Source: an uncultured bacterium (lineage in GTDB: Bacteria; Zhuqueibacterota; QNDG01; DTFT01). Taken from it: a stretch of 64,000 nucleotides of DNA. Below are positions 20,001-28,288 of this stretch, one piece after another. The position numbers were made by a program, and so were the translations under genes. The notes under the pieces are model-generated. The model worked only from the letters and a program-made list of their open reading frames with translations. It searched no databases and was not told where the DNA came from. The DNA lies in contig CAVTNR010000003.1 of NCBI GenBank assembly GCA_963736115.1, forward strand, positions 1 through 64,000, written 5' to 3'. The stretch's first letter is position 1, and every line of letters starts with the position of its first letter.

Positions 20001-20316
20001 CCATGCGCATGCCGGTTTTTCTTGGATTCAGCTGGACCTTATCTCCGTCTTCGCCATCGCCTCCCGGAAAAAAAGCGGACTGATCGCCGCCCAGAAGAGC
20101 GTCCATTTCCTCGGCAACCCATTCGGCTTCCTCGCGATCAGGGAAAACCGCGAGTATCACGGTACCGAGCCTTGCGGAGACTAGGGATAGAAAAAGGGTT
20201 TTCATGGAGCCGGCCAGACCCTTGATGTCGACGGACGCGCCGCGGACGATGGCCGTGTCCAGGCTTTTTTCCTGTACGGACTCCCAGATGGACGATTGAA
20301 TTTGGGAAAGGGGCAT
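17074..20316 (-). CDS. mfd: Transcription-repair coupling factor
   Basis: UvrB-like N-terminus, CarD/RID (VHVDHGIGKY), GDVGYGKTEVA, DEEQRFG, SATPIPRT, QLRGRVGR, RDLEIRGAG and a TRCF C-terminus. Confidence 0.97.
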   Translation of the reverse strand: MPLSQIQSSIWESVQEKSLDTAIVRGASVDIKGLAGSMKTLFLSLVSARLGTVILAVFPDREEAEWVAEEMDALLGGDQSAFFPGGDGEDGDKVQLNPRKTGMRMEVLRDLLLARLKFVSTTTDGVIQKLPQPGSLGQTLVRLSGGVEWNLSGLVGRLVDFGYVRESMVEAPGEFSLRGGILDIFPLTGEPPHRIEFFGDRIESIRTFDVASQLSNAKAGELVLVSAPSIEKEASGSLLQYLPEKSLIFLEDPEWMMAQIEKERQKERKGIWDPETFESQLRPFPICRFHTLAGGGDCADLGGRSPFKPGPHVADIRRGLSSITAKSEPVWILCENESQKKRLSDVLQLAEDPIPDVRLLIGPLKRGFSLPEPLGHVLTESDLFGRIFRKRKKERFRDGIPIRELSSLLPGDFIVHVDHGIGKYLGLEKIRVRELERECLAVLYQEGDKLYVPVEKMERVQKYRGREGMDPALSKLGGGQWEKLKARTKESVKAVARELIALYSSRQMLPGHAFPPDSTWQKELEASFPYDETSDQAEAIEDVRQDMEKPKPMDRLVCGDVGYGKTEVAVRAAFKCVADGKQAAVLVPTTILAQQHFRTFRERLGRFPVSVEMLSRFRSPKEQKQIIEKAKAGKLDVLIGTHRLISKDVGFRNLGLLVIDEEQRFGVRHKEKLKTLRKNVDVLTLSATPIPRTLYFSLMGIRDMSLINTPPKDRRPIITEVLPFSEDVIVEAIRREISRGGQVFFVHNRIHSIFAVADMVRRLVPGLAVAVAHGRMDEHELERVMIDFDRGRYQCLVSTTIIESGLDLPNVNTLLINRADQMGLAQLYQLRGRVGRSDHQAYAYLFTPPFDLLSPESVKRLRTIEEFTELGSGFQIAQRDLEIRGAGNLLGVEQSGNMDALGYDLYMKLVEEAVREIKEEKGEEPAEPAGVDCQVDVDEPAFLPEFYVDDESLRVNLYRRLAAMREPRQVDDFETELKDRFGPLPPEARTLLESSRLRMEGATRGFRKVGLEKNRLRLIFDDTWSDRFPDPEQFSKRIRLIVDSMPQPVRLLQKGGFGMLVPLDGLDPFLEAKNILQRVE

Positions 20317-20332
20317 GATTAAATATTAAAAA

Positions 20333-21013
20333 TTAGTAATTGAATGAAGGCCGGACGCTTTCTTTCCGCACGAATACCAGTTCGCTTCCTTCCAGGGGCG
20401 CATGTTCAGGAAACGGATTATAAGGGATGCGGCGACAGGCCGAAGAGCGGACCACTTTTTTTCGGATCAACTCATCCGTCTCCTTCTCCGCGCTTCCGCC
20501 CTTGATCACGGCCAAAGTGCCGCCGGGTGAAAGCACCGGCCGGCTCCATCTGTAAAGCGTGGACATGTCCGAAACCGCACGGCTGACGACCCATGATACG
20601 CGGCGTATTTCTCTGAATGAATTTTCAATTCTATCCGCCACTACCGTGATGCCGGACAGATTCAATGAATGGATAACGCTATTGAGAAAAACGGCTTTTT
20701 TTTGCGTGGCTTCGACCAGGATCATGTCCAGATCCGGACGCATGATTTTCAGCGGCAGTCCGGGAAAACCGGCGCCTGAGCCCAGATCCAGCACCCGTGT
20801 TCCTTCCTTCATTTGGATGCAGGAGAGAATGCCGATTGAGCCGAGGAAATGCCGGCTGATGATGCGTTCCTCATCCGAATGCGAGATCAGATTGATTTTC
20901 TGATTCCATTCCAGCAATAAGGCCCTGTACTGTTCAAAGCGATCCATTGCACCTTCGGTCAATGGAATACCCGCTTTCTCGGTCGCTTCCCGTATCCGAT
21001 CAATAGGTTCCAC
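20333..21013 (-). CDS. rsmG: 16S rRNA m7G527 methyltransferase
   Basis: Motifs LLEWNQKINLIS, RHF, VLDLGSGAGFPG and SRAV; it follows mnmG. Confidence 0.93.
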   Translation of the reverse strand: MEPIDRIREATEKAGIPLTEGAMDRFEQYRALLLEWNQKINLISHSDEERIISRHFLGSIGILSCIQMKEGTRVLDLGSGAGFPGLPLKIMRPDLDMILVEATQKKAVFLNSVIHSLNLSGITVVADRIENSFREIRRVSWVVSRAVSDMSTLYRWSRPVLSPGGTLAVIKGGSAEKETDELIRKKVVRSSACRRIPYNPFPEHAPLEGSELVFVRKESVRPSFNY

Positions 21014-22915
21014 GTGGAACGTTTCCTTTATCTTTTTTCATGATCATGAGCATCAACACTGAAAGATCAGAAGGAGACACTCCTGAGATGCGTCCTGCCT
21101 GCCCCAGGGACATCGGTCTGATCCGGTTCAGTTTTTCCCGCGCTTCTTTGGACAAAGAACCGATCGACAGGTAATCCATGTCCTCGGGTATTGTTTTCTC
21201 CTCGAGACGCTTGAAGCGATCCACCTGGTCCGCCTGCCTCTGAAGGTAGCCTTCATATTTGATCTCGATTTCAATCTGCTCAATAACTTCTTTTCTCAGA
21301 TCACCGAGAGAATCCAGAAGATGCGCGACTTCCGGGACAGACGAAAGATCCTCCAGTCCGATATGCGGTCTGGACAATATCCGGTACAAATCCTGTCTGG
21401 TCTCTATGACTGCGGATTTTTTATCCATAAGAACCGGATTGATCGTCTCCGGATTCGGCTTGATTTTACGGACGGTCTCGATGCAGGTTCTGATCTTGCT
21501 TGTTTTTTCCTCCATCCGCCGCATGAATGCGTCATCCACCAGTCCGTAACCATGCCCGTATCGGCTCAGCCGGATATCCGCATTGTCCTGTCTCAGCAAT
21601 AACCGGTATTCCGCCCTTGAAGTGAACAGCCGGTAAGGCTCCTCTGTTCCCTTTGTAATCAGATCATCGATCAACACTCCGATATACGCCTCGGATCTGT
21701 CCAGAATGAACGGATCCTCCCCTGTAACCAGAACCGCATTAATGCCAGCCATCAAGCCCTGGCTAGCCGCTTCTTCATACCCTGATGTTCCGTTGATCTG
21801 GCCTGCCATGAAGAGCCCTGCTAACCTTTTCGTCTCAAGATTGGCTTTCAACTGAACAGGAGGAAAATAGTCGTATTCAATGGCGTATCCCAGCCGGGTT
21901 ACGGCCACATGTTCAAGACCGGGTATGGAACGGATGGCGCGAAGCTGAACATCCTCGGGAAGACTGGTCGCAAATCCATTGACATAGTATTCAAAAGATC
22001 TCGACGGCCTTCCGGTTCAAGAAAAATCTGATGCCTTTCCTTATCCTTGAAACGGACGATCTTATCTTCAATGGACGGACAATACCGGGGCCCGATACCT
22101 TTTATTTTTCCCGTGTACAAGGGAGACCGGTCCAGACCGGATTCAAGAATACGATGTGTCTCTTTTCCGGTATAGGTGAGATAAACAGGCATCTGCTCAG
22201 CATGAATCCGTTTGGTGCGGAAGGAGAATGGAACAGGATCCGGATCCCCGGGCTGGGATTCCAGGCCGGAGAAATCCACGCTTCTTCCATCCACCCTCGG
22301 CGGCGTGCCTGTTTTCAGCCTTCCGGATTGAAATCCCAATGACACGAGAGATTCGGTCAGGCCGGGCACAGGAAATTCCCCGACTCGGCCCGCGGGACGG
22401 CTGAACAGGCCGATATGGATGAGACCATTCAGAAAGGTGCCGCAGGTCAGGACCACGGCTCTGGATTCAATTTTTCTGCCGGTCTCGAGTATAACCCCTC
22501 TGATATGATCCCGGTCCGCAATCAGATCCGTGACCATACCTTGAAGCATTTGCAGATTCGCCTCTTTTTCAATCGCGACACGCATTCGGATTGCATACTC
22601 AATCCGATCAGACTGAGCCCGCGGCGCCCAGACCGCAGGTCCCTTGGAACGGTTGAGCATTCTGAACTGGATTCCGGTCTGGTCCGCGGCAAGGGCCATT
22701 TCACCTCCGAGAGCATCGATCTCCCGGACCAGGTTTCCTTTGGCTGGACCGCCTATGGCCGGATTGCAGGACATTTGCGCGACATTAAAAATGTTCATGG
22801 TGATGAGCAGGGTTCTGCCGCCCATTCTTGAAGCCGCCAAGGCCGCTTCGCATCCGGCATGCCCGGCTCCGACAACGATCACGTCGAATTCCGTGTTTCC
22901 ATGAACTGGGACCAT
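21000..22915 (-). CDS. mnmG: tRNA uridine-5-carboxymethylaminomethyl modification enzyme, interrupted by one frameshift near 22000
   Basis: The N-part has [28 protein letters not shown] and [18 protein letters not shown]. After CGT CGA GA the frame shifts to [39 protein letters not shown] and [12 protein letters not shown]. Confidence 0.93.
21006..21021. promoter_or_regulatory. parS site (14-bp palindromic core)
   Basis: gGTTCCACGTGGAACg, lying in the mnmG 3' end and the rsmG start. Confidence 0.75.
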
Positions 22916-22927
22916 TTCAACGTCCGA

Positions 22928-22943
22928 TGTTCCACGTGGAACA
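22928..22943. promoter_or_regulatory. parS site
   Basis: Perfect palindrome TGTTCCACGTGGAACA matching the parS consensus TGTTNCACGTGNAACA. Confidence 0.88.
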
Positions 22944-23023
22944 TTTTAGGTGGATGAAAGCCTTTGGAATTAAGCCCTGAAGAGTGAACTTCACGATGGT
23001 TCTATTTATAGCGAATCAGTTTT

Positions 23024-24418
23024 TTATTTCCCGATGCAGAACTTTGAAAAAATATTGTTCAGAATATCGTCCACTACGGTTTGCCCTGTGATCATGTAGA
23101 GATGATCCAATGCGCCGCGCAAATCCAGTGCGATGTATTCCTGTGACATATTTTGATTCCCGGAATCAAGCGCATTGCTCAAAGCCTGCCTGGCTTTCTG
23201 CAGACATTCGCGGTGCCGGATCCGGGTCAAGGCCACGGAATCCGACGATACTCCGGAACTGCTGATGGTTTCTTCCAGAGATGCGATCAGCTCCTGCATA
23301 CCGTCACGGGTTACAGCGGATACGCTGAAAGCAGGGAAAAATTCCCTTGCCCGTATCAACTGATCCGGCGGCCAGGCATCAGGCAAATCCGATTTATTGA
23401 TCAGCAGAAAAACTTTTTTCCCGCTTTGCCGCACCTGTTCCAGAAAATTAAAATCGTCCTTCTCCGGCTTCCTGCTTCCGTCAATCACGCATAATACCAG
23501 ATCCGCTCTGTCGAATGCCTGCTCCGCTCTGGCAATACCTTCACGTTCGATCGGATCCTTCGACTCCCGTATACCGGCTGTATCCGTGATAATGGTCATC
23601 ACACCCTGAATGTCGAGTATATCCTCAACCGTATCGCGCGTGGTTCCCGGCATTTCAGTGACAATGGCCCTCTCCTTTTCAAGAAGCGCATTCAGAAGGC
23701 TGGACTTCCCCACATTCGGTTTCCCGGCCAACACGATACGAATGCCTTCTCTGGAAATACGGCCCCTGTCATAAGTCCCGATCAATGCGTCCATTTCCTG
23801 GATGATTGATTCGATCAAACGAGTCAGCTGATGTTTCGGTAAAAACTCAACGTCTTCCTCTGAAAAATCGAGTTCGATTTCGAGCAGAGAACACGCCTGA
23901 ATGATCCGATCCGCCATGTATCGAATTTTTGCTGACAGTCCGCCTTCCAATTGGTTGACTGCCATCTTTCTGGCCGCTTCGGTTCTGGAATGAACCATGT
24001 CCGCAACTGCTTCAGCCTGGGCCAGATCGATTTTTCCGTTCAGAAAAGCGCGGAAAGTAAACTCGCCTGGCGATGCGGCTCTGGCGCCTTTTTGGATGAG
24101 CAGGTCGACGATTCTTCCTGCGATATACGGACTTCCATGACAACTGATCTCAACCACGTCTTCGCCTGTATATGAGTGTGGTCCCTTATAAAAGAGAACC
24201 AGGACTTCATCAATGGATTCCGAGCCGTCCAGTATCCGGCCGTGAATCACTCTCCTCAGGGGGAAATCGGCATTCTGATTTTTAGAACTCAGCACGGACG
24301 AGACAATGGAAAAAGAAAGGCTGCCGCTGACGCGAACAATCGCAATCCCGCCTTCCCCGTAAGGCGTGGATAAAGCGGCGATCGTATCGTCCGGAACGAT
24401 ATGTTCCACGTGGAACAT
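23024..24418 (-). CDS. mnmE: tRNA modification GTPase MnmE/TrmE
   Basis: Motifs DTIAALST..GGIAIVRVSG, SYTGEDVVEISCHG, GEFTFRAFLNGK, GKPNVGKSS, PGTTRD, DTAG, NKSD and a C-terminal FCIGK. Confidence 0.97.
   Translation of the reverse strand: MFHVEHIVPDDTIAALSTPYGEGGIAIVRVSGSLSFSIVSSVLSSKNQNADFPLRRVIHGRILDGSESIDEVLVLFYKGPHSYTGEDVVEISCHGSPYIAGRIVDLLIQKGARAASPGEFTFRAFLNGKIDLAQAEAVADMVHSRTEAARKMAVNQLEGGLSAKIRYMADRIIQACSLLEIELDFSEEDVEFLPKHQLTRLIESIIQEMDALIGTYDRGRISREGIRIVLAGKPNVGKSSLLNALLEKERAIVTEMPGTTRDTVEDILDIQGVMTIITDTAGIRESKDPIEREGIARAEQAFDRADLVLCVIDGSRKPEKDDFNFLEQVRQSGKKVFLLINKSDLPDAWPPDQLIRAREFFPAFSVSAVTRDGMQELIASLEETISSSGVSSDSVALTRIRHRECLQKARQALSNALDSGNQNMSQEYIALDLRGALDHLYMITGQTVVDDILNNIFSKFCIGK
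24402..24417. promoter_or_regulatory. parS site overlapping the mnmE start
   Basis: Perfect TGTTCCACGTGGAACA; it encodes MFHVEH on the minus strand. Confidence 0.88.
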
Positions 24419-24422
24419 TTTG

Positions 24423-24923
24423 TTATCTCACGTCAGAAGGCAGATATACATCAGTACCCAACGCTTTTCGAAATCCGGGATCCGACGAGGCGAAGTTATG
24501 GACACCCAGTCGCCTGCACATTGCGATCAACAAAGCATCCCGGATGAGAAAGCCGGATCTCTGCTGAACATCCATCGCAGTGATAAAATCCTCTCGAGTC
24601 GCCTCCTCCAGCGCCAGACCCATGCCGAGCAAATCCCGGACAAGGGACTCGTACCGCCGGAGAGACGCAATCCGTTTAGGCTGGCTTTTCAGATCGCGCA
24701 AAGGATGCGGACCCGGAATCCATCCATTGTCCTTCGCCTCCGCGATCACGAGCGCATGCATGACATCGGTCAGTACCGGCGACGGAAGAATGCCGACGAC
24801 TTCATCTATGGCGCATCGCTCCAGGAGATTCCGGCACTGGACTGAAAAGCCCTGCATGGCGTAAAGAAAAATGCCGGTATCGAGAACGATCCGGGTGTCT
24901 TTTGGGATTTCACTCAGATTCAT
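24423..24923 (-). CDS. PIN-domain (VapC-like) toxin
   Basis: IVLDTGIFLYA, later RDALLIA..LGV..FASSDPGF, with PIN acidic residues. It overlaps a small upstream gene by ATGA. Confidence 0.85.
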   Translation of the reverse strand: MNLSEIPKDTRIVLDTGIFLYAMQGFSVQCRNLLERCAIDEVVGILPSPVLTDVMHALVIAEAKDNGWIPGPHPLRDLKSQPKRIASLRRYESLVRDLLGMGLALEEATREDFITAMDVQQRSGFLIRDALLIAMCRRLGVHNFASSDPGFRKALGTDVYLPSDVR

Positions 24924-25162
24924 GATTCCCGCATTTCCTCTTCCAGAATTTTCTGTATGTCGGATTTTTTTAAATCGAACGGTTTCGAACAGAACCGCTC
25001 CACGGATTGTCTCCGCAGCTCATGCATTCCGGGTCTCCGGTCCAGATAATGGACGGCCGCATCCTGCAGTAGGTCGCTGAACGGCCGGCCGGCCCTGGCC
25101 GAAAGCTCTTTGAGCTTTCTCACAATTTCCGTATCCATCACCGTGCCGATTTTAATTTTCAT
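24920..25162 (-). CDS. Putative ribbon-helix-helix antitoxin
   Basis: 80 aa, KIKIGTVMDTEIVRKLKELSARAGRPFSDLLQDAAVHYL fits an RHH pattern. It is translationally coupled to the PIN gene. Confidence 0.75.
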   Translation of the reverse strand: MKIKIGTVMDTEIVRKLKELSARAGRPFSDLLQDAAVHYLDRRPGMHELRRQSVERFCSKPFDLKKSDIQKILEEEMRES

Positions 25163-25202
25163 GTCCGAATCCTCTCGTTCGAATCCGACAGCGAGCGCAT
25201 TC

Positions 25203-25249
25203 CCCGGCTTCGCCGGACCAACCTATCGGATTATTTCATTATTGAAGGC
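25203..25249 (+). mobile_element. Y2 mini-element (about 46 bp)
   Basis: cccggcttcgccggaccaa-(AT-rich)-attattgaaggc, closely similar to the reverse complement of 43504-43549. Confidence 0.6.
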
Positions 25250-25258
25250 CCGCGGTTT

Positions 25259-25304
25259 GTCTTCAATACTCTAAAAATATAATAAATTGATCCCGCGCAG
25301 CGGG
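25259..25304 (-). mobile_element. Y1 mini-element
   Basis: cccgctgcgcgggatcaa-(AT-rich)-ttgaagac, located in the host hairpin loop. Confidence 0.6.
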
Positions 25305-25355
25305 CGGCGGGGAGCTTCAATCCGGCCCCGGACCGTTTCCGGTTCCGTAAATCAT

Positions 25356-25384
25356 AAAATACAAAACCCCGGGCCGGATGTCAA
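25356..25384 (-). promoter_or_regulatory. Putative sigma70 promoter of the TA operon
   Basis: Minus strand TTGACA-N17-TATTTT. Confidence 0.6.
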
Positions 25385-25445
25385 GAAAATATCTCTTTTT
25401 CTAGACGCTTTCTTGACGACCATCCTTTTCCCCCTGTTGTTCGGA

Positions 25446-25480
25446 AATAAAAAGGCCCGGTCGGTGCGAACCGCCGGGCC
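25446..25480 (-). terminator. Intrinsic terminator after yidC
   Basis: Minus strand ggcccggcggt-tcgc-accgaccgggcc then TTTTTATTT. Confidence 0.7.
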
Positions 25481-25499
25481 CGGGAAAATCCGGCAACCG

Positions 25500-27185
25500 T
25501 CAGGTTGCGCTCTCGACGGCCTGCGGTTTTTTCTTGACGATATAATCCTGGGCGATGGTCAGGACATTGAACAGGAGGTAGTACAGGTTCAGTCCGGCCG
25601 ACATGCTGTAAAAAATGTAAATCATGAAAATCGACATGAAATACGACATGAATTTCTGCTTCGGATCCGTCACCGTCTTCTTCTGCTGGATGAACATGGT
25701 CACGCCCATGAGCAGGGGCAGCACGTTGATCGCGGCGGATCCGCCCAGCGGGATCATCCGGTCGGGTCCGGACAGATCTTTGATGATGCCCAGAAATCCG
25801 GCCTGCCGGAACATGATGGTGGCGCGGAACACATTGAACAGGGCGAACAGGATCGGCATCTGGAGCAGAAGAGGCAGGCAGCCGCTCATGGGATTGACGC
25901 CGTGGGCCTTGTACATTTTCATGGTTTCCGCGTTCAGCTTCTGGGGTTCGCTCTTATACCGTTCCTGGAGGGCTTTCAGCTTGGGCTGAAGCTCCTGCAT
26001 CTCCTTCATGGAATCGTAGCTTTTCTTGGTCAGCGGGTACAGGGCGACCTTTATGAGAATCGAGAAAATCACGATGGCCCAGCCGTAATTGCCGACAATG
26101 CCGTAGAGGAACTGAAGCACGTGGAGAAAGCCGATGCAGATGGGCCTGAGCCAGGACCAGCCGAAGCTGAGCAGGCGCTCGAGCTGGACGTCATGGGCTT
26201 TCAGCAGGCCGTGGTCCATGGGGCCGATGAAGAGCGTGAACCGATGGCTGGTTTGGGTGCCGCTGTTGAACGGCACGGACAAGCCAACCCCGAACCGCTT
26301 CCAGTTGGCCTTGCCGCCTTCCTTGTCCAGCACGACCTTGCGGGTTTTGAGTTCCGCGCCCCGTCCGTCCACGCCCTGGGGAATGACCGCCATGATGAAA
26401 TACTTCGTCTGAACCGCGACCCACCGGGTGACGCCTTCGCGCAGGCCGGTATTGTCGGATTTGGTTTTCAGCAGTTCGGTCCCCTGAAGGGCCGACGCTT
26501 CCGCGTAACTGGTTTCGTCCTTGACGTTATGTTCGGTGGGCAGAAGTCCGCTCTCCCACCGGAGCAGGTAATGATCGCGCATAGCGGACCGGTTGGAGAA
26601 CGCGAACCGCACATCCAGGCCGACGTCATAAGAGCCGTCCGTGAAGGTGAACTCCTTCTCCACCCGGCCGAGGTTCGGAAAATCCGACGCAAGCAGTATT
26701 CTCCTGCGGGACAGGCCTTGTTCCGTTTCCGTCCGGTCCGAAATGACCCTGAAAACCGTCAGGGCCGGATCAGAGGCCGCATCAAACATCAGGCCGAGGT
26801 TGCCTGCCGCGGAATCGGGTATCAGTTCAACCCAGCTGTCCTGCATATCCCGGAAGCGTTTCAGCTTCCAGCTCACCGGGGTACCGCCTCCTGCGGTCGA
26901 GAGGCGCGCCTCATACAGGTCGGTCTGAACGAGCAGGGTTTCAGCCGGCGTGGATATGGAGAAAGCGGGTGTGACCCTCAGCGGTTCGATCCGGCTTGGC
27001 GTGACAGCAACGGTAGGAGCGCCGCTTTCAACCGCGGCCGGGCTTCCGGCTCCCGCCGGACCCGGAGAAACCGCCTCCTGCCTGGCCGCGTCCTTCTTTA
27101 CACCGGCCACTTTCTCCATGTAAACCGGCCACAGGAAAATGATCAATCCGATCAGAAGGAATGCGACAATGGTCTTTTTGTCCAT
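25500..27185 (-). CDS. yidC: Membrane protein insertase YidC
   Basis: N-terminal TM, periplasmic domain, GNYGWAIVIFSILIK, MQELQPKLKALQERYK, NPMSGCLPLLLQMP and AGLNLYY. Confidence 0.96.
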   Translation of the reverse strand: MDKKTIVAFLLIGLIIFLWPVYMEKVAGVKKDAARQEAVSPGPAGAGSPAAVESGAPTVAVTPSRIEPLRVTPAFSISTPAETLLVQTDLYEARLSTAGGGTPVSWKLKRFRDMQDSWVELIPDSAAGNLGLMFDAASDPALTVFRVISDRTETEQGLSRRRILLASDFPNLGRVEKEFTFTDGSYDVGLDVRFAFSNRSAMRDHYLLRWESGLLPTEHNVKDETSYAEASALQGTELLKTKSDNTGLREGVTRWVAVQTKYFIMAVIPQGVDGRGAELKTRKVVLDKEGGKANWKRFGVGLSVPFNSGTQTSHRFTLFIGPMDHGLLKAHDVQLERLLSFGWSWLRPICIGFLHVLQFLYGIVGNYGWAIVIFSILIKVALYPLTKKSYDSMKEMQELQPKLKALQERYKSEPQKLNAETMKMYKAHGVNPMSGCLPLLLQMPILFALFNVFRATIMFRQAGFLGIIKDLSGPDRMIPLGGSAAINVLPLLMGVTMFIQQKKTVTDPKQKFMSYFMSIFMIYIFYSMSAGLNLYYLLFNVLTIAQDYIVKKKPQAVESAT

Positions 27186-27206
27186 GACGTTTGTTTTCTC
27201 TCCGGT

Positions 27207-27443
27207 TTAGGGGACGGGGTCGAATCCGCCGGGATGAAACGGATGGCATTTGGCCAGCCGCTTAAGGGCCAGAAACGTTCCTTTCAGAATCCCGTGCCTG
27301 TCTATGGATTGAGAGGCATATTCCGAACAAGTGGGGTAAAACCGGCAGGCGCCGGGCAGAAGAGGCGAAATCGTCCGCTTATAGAGGCGCAGGCCGGCCG
27401 CGATCAGACGTCTCGGCGCGGTTCTCAGTTCAGCGTGACGCAT
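27207..27443 (-). CDS. yidD: Membrane protein insertion efficiency factor
   Basis: [41 protein letters not shown]. Confidence 0.93.
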   Translation of the reverse strand: MRHAELRTAPRRLIAAGLRLYKRTISPLLPGACRFYPTCSEYASQSIDRHGILKGTFLALKRLAKCHPFHPGGFDPVP

Positions 27444-27778
27444 GACAGAAACCGTCTGAATTCCGACTCCACCTCCAGACCGCCCGCTTTCTTCATGCCG
27501 CTTCTCGGCATGAGCACCACGTAATATCCGCCGATTCCGTGCTTGTTCCTGCGCCAGGCCTCCCGCATCATGCGCTTCGCTCGGTTCCGATGAACCGCAT
27601 TTCCGAACCGCCTGGAGACGACAAATCCAACCATTCTTCGGTTGGATTTCGCGTACAGACATTTGAGAATTTGTCCGTTCCAAGAGCGCCCTTTTTCGAA
27701 TACTTCGCTGAAATCCGCCTTCTTGCGGATTATCTCGGACTTGGGCAGCTTTTCATCCGGCCGGACTGCGTCATTCAT
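27425..27778 (-). CDS. rnpA: Ribonuclease P protein component
   Basis: [24 protein letters not shown] (RNR motif); position between rpmH and yidD. Confidence 0.93.
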   Translation of the reverse strand: MNDAVRPDEKLPKSEIIRKKADFSEVFEKGRSWNGQILKCLYAKSNRRMVGFVVSRRFGNAVHRNRAKRMMREAWRRNKHGIGGYYVVLMPRSGMKKAGGLEVESEFRRFLSCVTLN

Positions 27779-27914
27779 CGCTGACGGTCAGGCGTGCCCG
27801 GCCTTTGGCCCTTCTGCGTTTCAGAACCTGACGGCCTGTGCGGGTGGACATTCTCTCCCTGAAGCCGTGCTTGTTTTTACGTTTACGCTGACTGGGCTGA
27901 AAAGTTCGTTTCAT
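27771..27914 (-). CDS. rpmH: 50S ribosomal protein L34
   Basis: Translated by hand because it is absent from the ORF track: [50 protein letters not shown] ggagga lies upstream. Confidence 0.97.
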   Translation of the reverse strand: MKRTFQPSQRKRKNKHGFRERMSTRTGRQVLKRRRAKGRARLTVSDE

Positions 27915-28092
27915 GGGTAATGATTCCTCCTAATTGTATCGCTCTCCTCTTCCGGCGGAAACCCGCAGGTAGGAAAGACCCTAATTTTTATGAAGATATC
28001 CGGCGTCCACGATCCATCCTCCGCGGAAAGGCCCCGAATATATCCGGACGGCTGCGTCAGATCAGGAAGCCGGAAAATGACTGAAAAAAGGT

Positions 28093-28254
28093 TGAAGAAC
28101 CCCGCCGAAAGCAGCGGGGTATAGCAAGAAACTTGGATGATGGACGCCGTAAGCGGCGGGTAAAAAGACTCGTCGGAGCGGCCAGAAGACCAATCTCCCA
28201 TCAACCAGAAATATTGGAACCAGAATGACCAAGGTTCTGGCCGCCCGATTGAAC
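28093..28254 (+). repeat. Hairpin element W, copy 1
   Basis: Aligns over about 160 bp with 41607-41768 (shared gaaacttggatgatggacgccg.aagcggcggg and cgtcggagcggccagaag..ttctggccgcccgatt). Confidence 0.88.
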
Positions 28255-28259
28255 CAAAC

Positions 28260-28287
28260 AAATTAATGTTTTTTATAAAAAAGTCAA
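28260..28287 (-). promoter_or_regulatory. Possible sigma70 promoter for the rpmH operon
   Basis: Minus strand TTGACT-N16-TAATTT in an AT-rich patch just after the lptG stop. Confidence 0.4.
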
Positions 28288-28288
28288 G

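Larger units (their letters stand above)
25177..25320 (-). repeat. Hairpin element X, short copy 3, carrying both a Y1 and a Y2 insert
   Basis: The minus strand reads ttgaagctccccgccgc[Y1]aaaccgcggg[Y2]ggaatgcgctcgctgtcggattcg, with the same 5' end as 12122 and 51789. Confidence 0.75.

Noticed and set aside
25257-25283. TTGTCT..TATAAT formed across Y1 inserts (also near 12204) as a portable promoter
   Set aside because: The spacers are only 14-15 nt and the motif is not retained in the third copy.
25287-27524. 745-aa plus-strand ORF, and similar long antisense ORFs (32655-35069, 38345-40204, 40603-43143, 43674-46316, 61978-63630)
   Set aside because: These are shadow frames opposite well-supported genes in GC-rich DNA and have no recognisable motifs.
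27920-28090. Possible structured leader or ncRNA upstream of rpmH, with a short gcggaaacccg match to 41595
   Set aside because: There is no recognisable RNA family or convincing stem, and the match is too short to support.
27911-28261. 116-aa ORF sharing peptide text with ORFs at 41606-41806 and within 40603-43143
   Set aside because: The similarity comes from translating the W repeat; there is no evidence of coding.
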